Source of the DNA: Eubacteriales bacterium
GTDB lineage: Bacteria; Bacillota; Clostridia; Oscillospirales; CAG-272
Direction of reading: 5' to 3'
Assembly: GCA_045644105.1 (NCBI GenBank)
Contig: JAZRGI010000168.1
Location: 1 to 24,418, forward strand
Length of the DNA stretch: 24,418 nt
A program made the translations under genes and the position numbers. Below the pieces are notes generated by a model, which saw only the letters and a program-made list of their open reading frames with translations, searched no databases and had not been told where the DNA came from. Below, piece by piece: positions 14,563-22,689 of the stretch; position 1 is the first letter of the stretch, and each line of letters starts with the position of its first letter.

Positions 14563-16152
14563 ATGAAAAAGTTGACAGTTTTTTTGCTTATTTGCGCCCT
14601 TACCCTGTCTTTTGTGGGCGGAGTCGGAATCACGGCGGAAGAAGCTGACGGTGAGAGCGGCGGTCAGGTGCTTGCAAGCTTTCACGTTATTTACGACGTC
14701 CATGTGCCGAGAGATACGGCGGCGTACGAGCTTGCGTTGAAGAATATGTCCAAGATCAATCCCGACACGACGATTGCTTTGGTAATCGGCGGCGACAATA
14801 CCGCGCTCAATGAAATGTCTGAGGTGGAAACGTTTTACGGTTTGTTGAAGCAGTACAATCCCGTCAGTGCGGAACAGACGGTGGTTATTATGGGCAACCA
14901 CGATGCTCGCGGACCGAACGAAAACGGAAATTGGGTGTCGGATCCAACGGCTACCTTCCCGTATTGGTCAACCGCAAAGGCGATCTATACGTCCTACAAT
15001 AAGGACTATATGCCAGCGTCGGCACAGGAAACCCTTTACCACGTAAAGGAGTTGGGCGGATATACCTTTATCGCACTCAATACCGAGCTTGGATTGAAGG
15101 ATCAGATGTATATGTCCGACGAGTATCTGGCGTGGTTTGAGCAAACCATGAAAGAGGCATACGAGGCAGACCCCAACAAGCCGATCTTCATTATCTGCCA
15201 CCAGGCAATGCAGGATACGGTTTGGAGAAGTTGGAACTACGGCTTGGATAACGTGAGTAGCAACTACGACACCGGTTTGGACGAAAAGGTGCAAGCAATA
15301 TTGGAAAAGTATCCCACGGCGGTCTTTATCAGTGGTCATATGCACAACGAGTTCAATGAGATCGAGGCGGTTCTGCGCCCCTGGGCAAGCTTTGTAGACG
15401 TGCCTGCGCACTATGCCGACGCAAACAAAGGCCGCGAGGGCGGTCAGGGATATGAGGCAGAGATTTACAGTGATAAAATCGTCTTCCGCGCCGTTAATTT
15501 TGCAAAAAACGAGTGGTACCCCGAGTACGACCTTGTGATTCCCACCATGAACGGCGGTTTTTCGGCAATTTATCAGGCCGCTAAAAATCAGATCAAGAAT
15601 CATCCCGATAAGTTTGACATCGACGACCGTTTTACCCTGAGTGAGATGAACAAGCTTCTGACCAGAAAGTATAAGAATGCCGACAGAGAAGGTCAATTCT
15701 ACTATACGGAGAAGGACATTGAGGTGATCCGCACATTGGCAGAGCAGGTCAAGACGATGGCAGGTCCCATTTTCGGAGAGGAAATGGCGTTTAAGGATGC
15801 CAGAGTAAATCTGAATTTGGACGCAAACGAAAAGATTACGATATCGCCTTACATCGGTGATGAGGCGGTTCAGAACAGACACTTGATATGGACTTCCTCC
15901 AATGAGAAAGTTGCAACGGTGGTTGACGGAGAACTGACGGCGGTTTCGGTTGGACAGGCGAGAATTTCGGCAGTTTCGGCTTACGATAGCTCGGTAATCG
16001 CCGAGTGCGTCGTTAACGTAACCGGAACGGGAACCAACGGCGACGGAGGAGATCAAACATCTGCAAAAGGATGCCGAGGAAGTATCGGTGTCTTGCCGAT
16101 GGCATTGATCCCCATGCTTGCTCCGATCCTCCTCAAAAAGAAAAAGAAATAA
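14563..16152 (+). CDS. Secreted calcineurin-like metallophosphoesterase with Ig-like (Big_2) domain and C-terminal Cys/TM/poly-Lys tail
   Basis: N-terminal signal peptide. Motifs DVH, GGDN, GNHD, CHQ, GHMH. WTSSNEKVATVVDGELTAVSVGQARI is Big_2-like. Tail GCRGSIGVLPMALIPMLAPILLKKKKK. Start ATG 14563 follows gaggtgg. Confidence 0.88.
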   Translation: MKKLTVFLLICALTLSFVGGVGITAEEADGESGGQVLASFHVIYDVHVPRDTAAYELALKNMSKINPDTTIALVIGGDNTALNEMSEVETFYGLLKQYNPVSAEQTVVIMGNHDARGPNENGNWVSDPTATFPYWSTAKAIYTSYNKDYMPASAQETLYHVKELGGYTFIALNTELGLKDQMYMSDEYLAWFEQTMKEAYEADPNKPIFIICHQAMQDTVWRSWNYGLDNVSSNYDTGLDEKVQAILEKYPTAVFISGHMHNEFNEIEAVLRPWASFVDVPAHYADANKGREGGQGYEAEIYSDKIVFRAVNFAKNEWYPEYDLVIPTMNGGFSAIYQAAKNQIKNHPDKFDIDDRFTLSEMNKLLTRKYKNADREGQFYYTEKDIEVIRTLAEQVKTMAGPIFGEEMAFKDARVNLNLDANEKITISPYIGDEAVQNRHLIWTSSNEKVATVVDGELTAVSVGQARISAVSAYDSSVIAECVVNVTGTGTNGDGGDQTSAKGCRGSIGVLPMALIPMLAPILLKKKKK

Positions 16153-16168
16153 TATCGCTTACATTTGC

Positions 16169-16200
16169 AAGGGCTGCCTCGAACATTCGAGGCAGCCCTT
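16169..16200. terminator. Terminator hairpin between convergent genes
   Basis: 15-bp perfect inverted repeat aagggctgcctcgaa / ttcgaggcagccctt. Confidence 0.8.
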
Positions 16201-16249
16201 GTGTGCTGCTTTTCACATTTTTTATATATCATTGCTTTTCCGCCCATTT

Positions 16250-16822
16250 TCAAAATGACGGAATATAGATACCGTATCCCCGGCCTAACTTTTCACCGCG
16301 ACGCAGATAATCCACATAGGCGCGTCGGAGGGATGTATCGGTTGGCAAACGATCCGGATTTTGTTCCAACGTATCAAAAATCCGCCAAAGATTGGGCGAG
16401 CTTTCAAGATGAATACCGCCGCCAAGAAGCTCAAAGCGTTTACTGAAAGCAACGATATTGGATGTTGCGGGAAGCATTTTCTCGTGTTCGGGAAAGAGAA
16501 GCCAAGAACTGCAAGTAAAGACGCAGGGATTTAGGTTTAGCCTGGATGAAAAAAGCTCGATTGCACGCTGGAAGGCTTTGTCACAAGCATCGGGGGAAAG
16601 CGGTTCTCCGGTTCGCGGGATATGGGTGGTAATCACAGTGCTTTCCTCGTTTAGACAAATACCGTTTTTTTTGTAGGTTTTGCCAAACGGATGTGGGTCA
16701 AAACGCAGTCTGCCAAGCACAAATCCATTCAACTGAAAGGTAGGCTTAAAGCATGAGGCAACAAAGGATCCCCATATACCGTATAATTCATAGCATTCAA
16801 AAAGCTTAAAAAAATCAGTCAA
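16250..16822 (-). pseudogene. N-terminally truncated glycopeptide-N-acyltransferase-like protein (GNAT-like C-terminal domain)
   Basis: LGRLRFD, HIPRTGEPL, CSSWLL, SNIVAF and LWRIF match the C-terminal half of this acyltransferase family. TTG start without a clear RBS, and tandem in-frame TAA stops about 35 nt upstream. It could also be an intact short protein. Confidence 0.55.
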
Positions 16823-16890
16823 ATATGTTTTTATAACAAATTTTCCTTTTTGGGATTATTATAGGTATAGTGTTTATTTGCCATATTTTT

Positions 16891-18159
16891 TTATATTTTT
16901 TTGTATTCTTCCATAAAGACGACCTTGTCGCTAAGTCTGGATTCCTCTGCAGCAAAGGCTACAAGGTGGTTTTCAACCGATTCGGAAATATCGGCAATCG
17001 CATAGCCCTTATATTTTCCTGTCATCAACTGACAGAAGGCGCGGATAATGCCTGCGTCACCGCCGCCGTGCCCGCCCTCGATGCTTTCATCGGCTACAAA
17101 ATTACGAATGGAGAATTCCTCGCGCTTGCGAGTGGTGAAATCGTAGACGCTGACAACGTCCTGTCCCATACGCGCCTCCAATTCACCCTTGGTTCCCATA
17201 ATACGAATACGACGTCCGCCCTCGTTGAATACGCTCATGACGAAGGAGGCGGTTGCTCCGGATTCGTACTCCATGTTTACAACCTGTTGGTCGACCACAT
17301 CGTTGTCGCAACCGAACACACATCTGCCATACATGGTTTCGGAGATCAGCTTTTCAATATCCTCCTCGCTGGGATTGCGCATCTTGGTTGCATGACGTGC
17401 AAACCATGCAACCTGACGTTGACGGTAAAGCTTGATGGCACTGTAAGGACATTCCTCTTCATGAGGACAACCCTGATTGCAAAATTCGGGGGCGTCTGCG
17501 GGCTTGTTCTTTGCGCAAAAATAATTCAGGGAGCCAAAGCTTTGTACCTTTTTGCAGGTCTCACCCATCAACCACTGAATGATGTCGATGTCATGACAGC
17601 TCTTGGAAAGGATCATGGGGGCGCTGTCGGAGGTCTTATGCCAATCGCCGCGAACGTAGCTATGTGTGTAGTGCAGGTCTCCAACCGCTTCGATATGTAC
17701 GATGTTCATTATCTTACCCACTCGACCTTCGTTGAGCAGCTTTTTGATCAGTGTGAAAAAGGGGGTGTATCGTAAAACGTGACACACCAACACCATAACG
17801 CCCTTTTCCTTGGCTGCCTTTTCAATTGCTACACATTCTTCGGGCGTGGGAGCTGCCGGCTTTTCCAAAAGCAAGTGATATCCCTTTTCGATGGCTTTCA
17901 TAGCCAGTCTGAAGTGATCACGGTCTTGCGTTGCAATGATTGCCGCATCTGCCATTTTCGGTTGATCCAACAGATCCTCGCCGTACTCGTAGAAGCACTC
18001 TTCGGGAAGATCAAAATTTTCCTTGATATAGTCGCGTCTTATGGGATTTGGGTCTGCAACTGCCACCAACTCCATCTCGGGGCAATGCTTTTTGCCTTCA
18101 TTTACGTAGGTCGAGCCGCGACCGCCGGCACCTACCAAGATGATCTTTACCTTATCCAT
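16891..18159 (-). CDS. Gfo/Idh/MocA family oxidoreductase
   Basis: Rossmann IILVGAGGRG, LLLEKP, VCHVLRY, HSYVRGDW, SKSCHDID, HGGGD. Start moved to ATG 18159 after an aggaaggg RBS. Confidence 0.92.
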   Translation of the reverse strand: MDKVKIILVGAGGRGSTYVNEGKKHCPEMELVAVADPNPIRRDYIKENFDLPEECFYEYGEDLLDQPKMADAAIIATQDRDHFRLAMKAIEKGYHLLLEKPAAPTPEECVAIEKAAKEKGVMVLVCHVLRYTPFFTLIKKLLNEGRVGKIMNIVHIEAVGDLHYTHSYVRGDWHKTSDSAPMILSKSCHDIDIIQWLMGETCKKVQSFGSLNYFCAKNKPADAPEFCNQGCPHEEECPYSAIKLYRQRQVAWFARHATKMRNPSEEDIEKLISETMYGRCVFGCDNDVVDQQVVNMEYESGATASFVMSVFNEGGRRIRIMGTKGELEARMGQDVVSVYDFTTRKREEFSIRNFVADESIEGGHGGGDAGIIRAFCQLMTGKYKGYAIADISESVENHLVAFAAEESRLSDKVVFMEEYKKI

Positions 18160-18219
18160 TATCCGATCCCTTCCTTTTTTATCAGTTTCCAATAATCGTT
18201 TTTGTGTGGATCCTTTTTT

Positions 18220-18248
18220 AGTATAACACGAAAGCCTTGGGTTTTGAA
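18220..18248 (-). promoter_or_regulatory. Candidate activator-dependent promoter for the oxidoreductase
   Basis: Minus strand TTCAAA-17-TATACT with extended TG. A weak -35 next to an AT-rich region fits AraC activation (inference). Confidence 0.45.
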
Positions 18249-18378
18249 TGGTTTATTTGACTGATTATTATGTGTTATATGATACTTTTCAAGATGATTG
18301 TTTGCTCTGCTTTGTATGAATATTGTGTCAAAATGATGTTTTATATGCAATATTAGGAGAAATGTGGAGGTTGCTTGG

Positions 18379-18407
18379 TTGACTTTTGCTTTGAACCGTG
18401 CTATAAT
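18379..18407 (+). promoter_or_regulatory. Sigma-A promoter for the AraC gene
   Basis: TTGACT-17-TATAAT with extended TG. Confidence 0.75.
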
Positions 18408-18440
18408 GAATGTATTAAACGATACAAATAAGGAGTCGTT

Positions 18441-19367
18441 ATGTCTTTTTATCGATATGCCTATGAGGCGCTTGGTAATTTCAGCACTTCCAATTACACG
18501 CGGTCATTGGTTCCGTTTCGCCGTGATGACGTTGTTTCCAATCCCTACTTTACCTACCGCTTTTATACGTCGGAGGCGGAAAATGTGAGTAACCAAAGCT
18601 GTTATGTGGTGTCAATCGGTTATGAACGTCGACCACATAACGAGAAGATTCAACGTGCGCGCAGCTATAACCGATATTCGATTCATTATTTTATCAAAGG
18701 GAAGGGGCGATACAACGGAGAAGGCTTGTGCGGTGGGAAAATGCTGATCGTTCCTCCGTGTGAAAATTTGTTTTTTGAGAGCGATCCACTTCATCCACTT
18801 GAATTTTATTATATATCTGTTTCCGGAGAGGGAAGCGAAGGCTTGTTTAAGAGTGTGGGCGTTGGGATGACGGCTTGCTGCTTGGAATGTCCCTTTATAT
18901 CCAAAATTCCGGATTTGTTTTATTCGCCCTTGTTTGAGCGGCATCAGGATACCGATCCCGCTTTTTATTTGATGGGACTATTGATGCAGCTGATGGGATA
19001 TCACAAAAAGCATAATATTGCCGAGCCGGAGGTTGTAAGGGGCACAGCATTTTACTATTATCGCCAGGCAATCTGCTATATAGATTCGTATTTGCTTTCC
19101 GATATCACGCCAGATGGTATCGCGCGATTCTTAAATATTTCGGGTTCTTATTTCAGAAGAATTTTTTCCATGTACAATGAAAACTCTGTGTGGGAATATA
19201 TACTCAAGCAACGATTTAAATATGCGGCAAGCAAGCTTGCACTGACACAGTGCAGTGTGCAGGAGGCGGCAGAATCGATAGGATACAATGATTACGTGCA
19301 TTTCAGTAAAATGTTTAAAAAAATAATCGGCGTGCCGCCGAGTGTATATAGGGAACAGAGTGTGTGA
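18441..19367 (+). CDS. AraC family transcriptional regulator
   Basis: Cupin-like YSIHYFIKGKG. C-terminal double HTH ITPDGIARFLNISGSYFRRIF...SVQEAAESIGYNDYVHFSKMFKKIIGVPPSVYR. Confidence 0.93.
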   Translation: MSFYRYAYEALGNFSTSNYTRSLVPFRRDDVVSNPYFTYRFYTSEAENVSNQSCYVVSIGYERRPHNEKIQRARSYNRYSIHYFIKGKGRYNGEGLCGGKMLIVPPCENLFFESDPLHPLEFYYISVSGEGSEGLFKSVGVGMTACCLECPFISKIPDLFYSPLFERHQDTDPAFYLMGLLMQLMGYHKKHNIAEPEVVRGTAFYYYRQAICYIDSYLLSDITPDGIARFLNISGSYFRRIFSMYNENSVWEYILKQRFKYAASKLALTQCSVQEAAESIGYNDYVHFSKMFKKIIGVPPSVYREQSV

Positions 19368-19387
19368 ATCAAGCAAAGGTTATAAAA

Positions 19388-19415
19388 GAGGGAGCAAGCC
19401 GAAGCCTGCTCCCTC
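19388..19415. terminator. Bidirectional terminator
   Basis: gagggagca / tgctccctc stem flanked by A-runs, between convergent genes. Confidence 0.7.
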
Positions 19416-19441
19416 AAAATGTTGTTATTTAGGCTGAATTA

Positions 19442-19990
19442 TTAACCGAAGTATCTCTCAAGAAGTCCCTTGAATGCTCTGCCGTGGCGAGCCTCGTCCT
19501 TTGCCATCTCATGAACGGTGTCGTGGATCGCGTCGAGGTTGAGTTGCTTTGCCATCTTTGCAAGTTCAAACTTGCCTGCGGTTGCGCCGTTTTCTGCCTC
19601 TACGCGAACCGAGAGGTTCTGCTTGGTGGAGTCGCTGACGCACTCGCCCAGAAGCTCTGCGAACTTTGCCGCATGCTCTGCTTCCTCAAGAGCTGCTTCC
19701 TTCCAATACAGCGCGATCTCGGGATAGCCCTCTCTTGCCGCAACGCGCGACATTGCAAGGTACATACCAACCTCGGTGCATTCGCCCTGGAAGTTTGCGC
19801 GCAAGCCCTCAATGATCTCTGCGGGAGCATCCTTTGCGATGCCTACTACGTGCTCGGTTGCCCAAGTCTTTTCGCCGCTTTCTACGATCTCCTCAAATTT
19901 TTCACCGGGTTGCTTGCAAAGGGGGCATTTATCGGGGCGTACATCGGACTCAACGATTTCTCCGCAAATTGTGCATCTCCATTTTTTCAT
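19442..19990 (-). CDS. rbr: Reverse rubrerythrin (N-terminal rubredoxin + ferritin-like diiron domain; NADH peroxidase-like)
   Basis: WRCTICG...CPLC rubredoxin comes first, then [22 protein letters not shown] and DEARHG diiron motifs. Confidence 0.93.
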   Translation of the reverse strand: MKKWRCTICGEIVESDVRPDKCPLCKQPGEKFEEIVESGEKTWATEHVVGIAKDAPAEIIEGLRANFQGECTEVGMYLAMSRVAAREGYPEIALYWKEAALEEAEHAAKFAELLGECVSDSTKQNLSVRVEAENGATAGKFELAKMAKQLNLDAIHDTVHEMAKDEARHGRAFKGLLERYFG

Positions 19991-20011
19991 AACTGTGTTC
20001 TCCTTTAAAAA

Positions 20012-20401
20012 TCAATTTTTTTGTTGTCTTTCTTTTTCGTACCGACACGATGCGGCACATCTTTGCCTTTTTTCACAGGCATTCTTTTTTTCGGGCGGGC
20101 AGGCGCAGCCAATCTCACACACACTGCAGTTGCCGATCTGTATGGAGATCGGTTTTCCGTTTACCAGCGCGTCCGCCATTTTCTCATGCGCGCTTGAGAG
20201 CAGCATGGTGACGGTGGGGCGCGAGATCAACATTTGCGCGGCAACCTCCGCCTGACTCAAATGCTCCAGATCGTGTAGCCGCAACACCTCGTATTCATCG
20301 GCTTCCATCATAACCGTGTCATCGCCGTCAAGGACGATGGGGGAGAAGAAGTGATGTCGCGGGGTGGAGCAGATGACGCGAGCCTTTTTCGGTCTTGCCA
20401 T
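20012..20401 (-). CDS. DUF134 (UPF0251) HTH protein with Cys-rich C-terminus
   Basis: MARPKKAR, DEYEVLRLHDLEHLSQAEVAAQMLISRPT, KMADALVNGKPI, then 7 Cys within 28 aa. Confidence 0.9.
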   Translation of the reverse strand: MARPKKARVICSTPRHHFFSPIVLDGDDTVMMEADEYEVLRLHDLEHLSQAEVAAQMLISRPTVTMLLSSAHEKMADALVNGKPISIQIGNCSVCEIGCACPPEKKNACEKRQRCAASCRYEKERQQKN

Positions 20402-20459
20402 GGGGGTTCCGCCTTTCTGCTTTTTTTGTTCTCGGAGTCTTTCTCTCCTTGACGATCAT

Positions 20460-20488
20460 ATTATAGCACAGTTTCTGACATATGTCAA
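20460..20488 (-). promoter_or_regulatory. Sigma-A promoter of the DUF134-rbr operon, with a 12-bp palindrome over the -35
   Basis: Minus strand TTGACA-17-TATAAT with extended TG. Palindrome TGACATATGTCA at 20476-20487. Confidence 0.85.
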
Positions 20489-20610
20489 TAACTTTTTGAA
20501 AAAAACTTTAAAATTTTTTTGTTTTTTTTTCAGATTGATGATTTTGCCATGCGGACGCGCGTGCGATTATTATATAAATGTAAATTCATTTTCAAATCGG
20601 GGAAAAGGAC

Positions 20611-20639
20611 TTGACAAACGTGCTTTTTTCGGGTACAAT
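20611..20639 (+). promoter_or_regulatory. Sigma-A promoter for the carboxypeptidase
   Basis: TTGACA-17-TACAAT. The 'start' of the ORF track at 20611 is actually this -35 box. Confidence 0.8.
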
Positions 20640-20679
20640 TTTGGTAGTAACATTAGGAAAGGAACTGCCTGTCGTACCG

Positions 20680-21822
20680 ATGCAAGAGAAATCAACCGCA
20701 ACCGCCGGACAAAAAAATGCTTTTTCTCCGTTTGATCTGTTTTTGTTGATCCTTACGATTTTTGAGGTGCTTCTTCTGGTTGTCGTTCTGACGCGCTCCT
20801 TCGCGCCGTCGGTACCGCCCGCAGAGCAACCCGACAATCGGGAAGAGCAAACACAACCCACCCCCGATGACGATCCGCCCCCGGTTTCCAAGCCTGTATT
20901 TTCGCAGGGCGCGATTTCGACAATTCCGCAGGCAAATGCCGATACGGTAACCCTGACGACACAGATCGACTCCAATTATGCAATTCTGATTGACGCCGAG
21001 ACGGGAATGATCTTGGCGCAAAAGGGTGCGGACGTTGCCTTCGCGCCTGCTTCCATGACCAAGGTGATGACTTTGATCATTGCCTGTGAGATGTTGGACG
21101 AAAGCGACCTTGAACGCGAGGTGATGATGACCGACGAGATGTTGCTTTACGTTACGTCGGGCGCGTATTACAACACCGGACGTGCGGGATACGAGCCGGG
21201 TTTGAAGACCAAAATGAAGGATCTGCTTTACGGTATCGGTGTGCAATCCTTCTCGGACTGCACGGTAATGGCGGTTGCGTCGCTCTGTCCTGCCTCAACC
21301 GTTGCCGAGTCGGAGCGATTGTTTGTTGCCCGTATGAATCAAAAGGCAGAGGAAATGGGGCTTCGGAATACCAAATTTGATAATATTGTAGGGCACGAAA
21401 GCGAAAACAACTACAGTACCGCCGCAGATATCGCGGCAATCATGTCGTATGCTCTGCAGTGTCCCATGATCAAGGATATTCTCTCTGCCAAGACGTATGA
21501 CTATCATGTATGGCGCTTGGAACCGGATGCCACATACGAGCGTTGGACCTATCATTTTTACAGTACGCTCTTTAATGCCAATCCGAAGAGCAGCAGTCGT
21601 ATCAAGGCTTATGAGAATTACTACGGAAAAACCTTTGCTCTGTCAAGTGCCGTTCTGGGTGGCGGAAAGACCGGAACACTTGAGGAGAACACCAATGTTT
21701 TTTCGTTGGTCACTTACGCCGTGAAGGACGGAAGGCTCTATATCGCGGTTACGGGCGAAACCGCCAAGAACTACGCCGTTATGAACGATGCAAAAATTCT
21801 GTATGATACATATCTGAAATAA
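20680..21822 (+). CDS. Membrane-anchored D-alanyl-D-alanine carboxypeptidase-like protein (peptidase S11)
   Basis: SxxK (ASMTK, Ser at 21052) and KTG (21667). The SxN position reads SFS. N-terminal TM helix and Pro-rich linker, no C-terminal PBP5 domain. The exact start is uncertain. Confidence 0.88.
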   Translation: MQEKSTATAGQKNAFSPFDLFLLILTIFEVLLLVVVLTRSFAPSVPPAEQPDNREEQTQPTPDDDPPPVSKPVFSQGAISTIPQANADTVTLTTQIDSNYAILIDAETGMILAQKGADVAFAPASMTKVMTLIIACEMLDESDLEREVMMTDEMLLYVTSGAYYNTGRAGYEPGLKTKMKDLLYGIGVQSFSDCTVMAVASLCPASTVAESERLFVARMNQKAEEMGLRNTKFDNIVGHESENNYSTAADIAAIMSYALQCPMIKDILSAKTYDYHVWRLEPDATYERWTYHFYSTLFNANPKSSSRIKAYENYYGKTFALSSAVLGGGKTGTLEENTNVFSLVTYAVKDGRLYIAVTGETAKNYAVMNDAKILYDTYLK

Positions 21823-21826
21823 AATG

Positions 21827-21864
21827 AGATGGGAAGAAGGCAAACACTCTTCCCATCTTCTTTT
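21827..21864 (+). terminator. Intrinsic terminator
   Basis: agatgggaaga / tcttcccatct followed by tctttt. Confidence 0.7.
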
Positions 21865-21910
21865 ATTGCGACATATACTGTATCAAAAACAGATTAGGAG
21901 GCGTTTGAAG

Positions 21911-22507
21911 ATGTTGATTACCAAGCCCTATAACCGCGAGCGAGCGGTGACCTATGCCAAACGTTGGGCGCTTGACCGCAATCCGTTGTTTGTTGATTTT
22001 ACCGGGATCGGTGGGAACTGTACCAATTTTGTTTCGCAGTGCGTGTTGGCGGGGAGCTGCACCATGAACTACACGCTCGACTTTGGGTGGTATTATCTTT
22101 CACCCGAAGAGCGTGCGCCTGCATGGAGCGGCGTGGAGTTCTTCTATGATTTTATGATCGGTGCGCCTGCGTTTGCCTCGCAGAACGGCGGCGTAGGGCC
22201 TTATGCCACGGCGGTCGGGAAGGACGGTGTGGAGATGGGCGACGTGATCCAGCTTGCCAACCGTGTGGGGGATTGGTATCATACGGTGATCGTCAGTGGT
22301 TTTGACGGTGATGAGATCCTGGTTTGTGCGCAGTCCAACGACGCGCTTGACCGTCCGCTCTCTACCTATACCGCGGCGGCAGACAAACGCTTTTTGCATA
22401 TCGAAGGTGTCCGTATTGAGATCAATGACGACCTCTGCTATGAACGTCTGATCGCGGGGGACGCGGTTGATCCGTTGCCGCCTGCGGAGTTGGAAGAGAA
22501 CGTATAA
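21911..22507 (+). CDS. Amidase_6 (putative amidase, NlpC/P60-like) domain protein
   Basis: YNRERAVTYAKRWA, GGNCTNFVSQC (catalytic Cys), GDVIQ, WYHTVIV (His). Start ATG 21911 follows aggagg. Confidence 0.88.
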   Translation: MLITKPYNRERAVTYAKRWALDRNPLFVDFTGIGGNCTNFVSQCVLAGSCTMNYTLDFGWYYLSPEERAPAWSGVEFFYDFMIGAPAFASQNGGVGPYATAVGKDGVEMGDVIQLANRVGDWYHTVIVSGFDGDEILVCAQSNDALDRPLSTYTAAADKRFLHIEGVRIEINDDLCYERLIAGDAVDPLPPAELEENV

Positions 22508-22521
22508 GTTGTCACCGAAAA

Positions 22522-22558
22522 AGAAGCCTGCGTGAGCAAATTGCATGCGCAGGTTTCT
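22522..22558 (+). terminator. Intrinsic terminator
   Basis: agaagcctgcg / cgcaggtttct stem followed by a T-rich tract. Confidence 0.65.
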
Positions 22559-22621
22559 ATTTGTTTTTGGGGAAGAGGACACTACGTTGATACAGGTTGA
22601 CTGTAAAATTTGCTTTTTCAC

Positions 22622-22650
22622 TTTACAAATTCGGAAAAAGGTGATATAAT
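22622..22650 (+). promoter_or_regulatory. Sigma-A promoter for the LRR lipoprotein
   Basis: TTTACA-17-TATAAT with extended TG. Confidence 0.7.
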
Positions 22651-22689
22651 GAGGATGTTACTAAAAATCGCCTTTTTAGGAGAAGAGTC

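Noticed and set aside
20364-20975. ORFs 20364-20735 and 20592-20975, and extended starts at 20611, 11366, 5438, 18192 and 21824
   Set aside because: They overlap promoters or terminators or lie antisense to real genes. Downstream ATG starts fit better, most with a clear RBS.
21872-21879. CATATACT as a sporulation sigma-E/K -10 for the amidase gene
   Set aside because: It fits the -10 only. I could not find a convincing -35 at the correct spacing.
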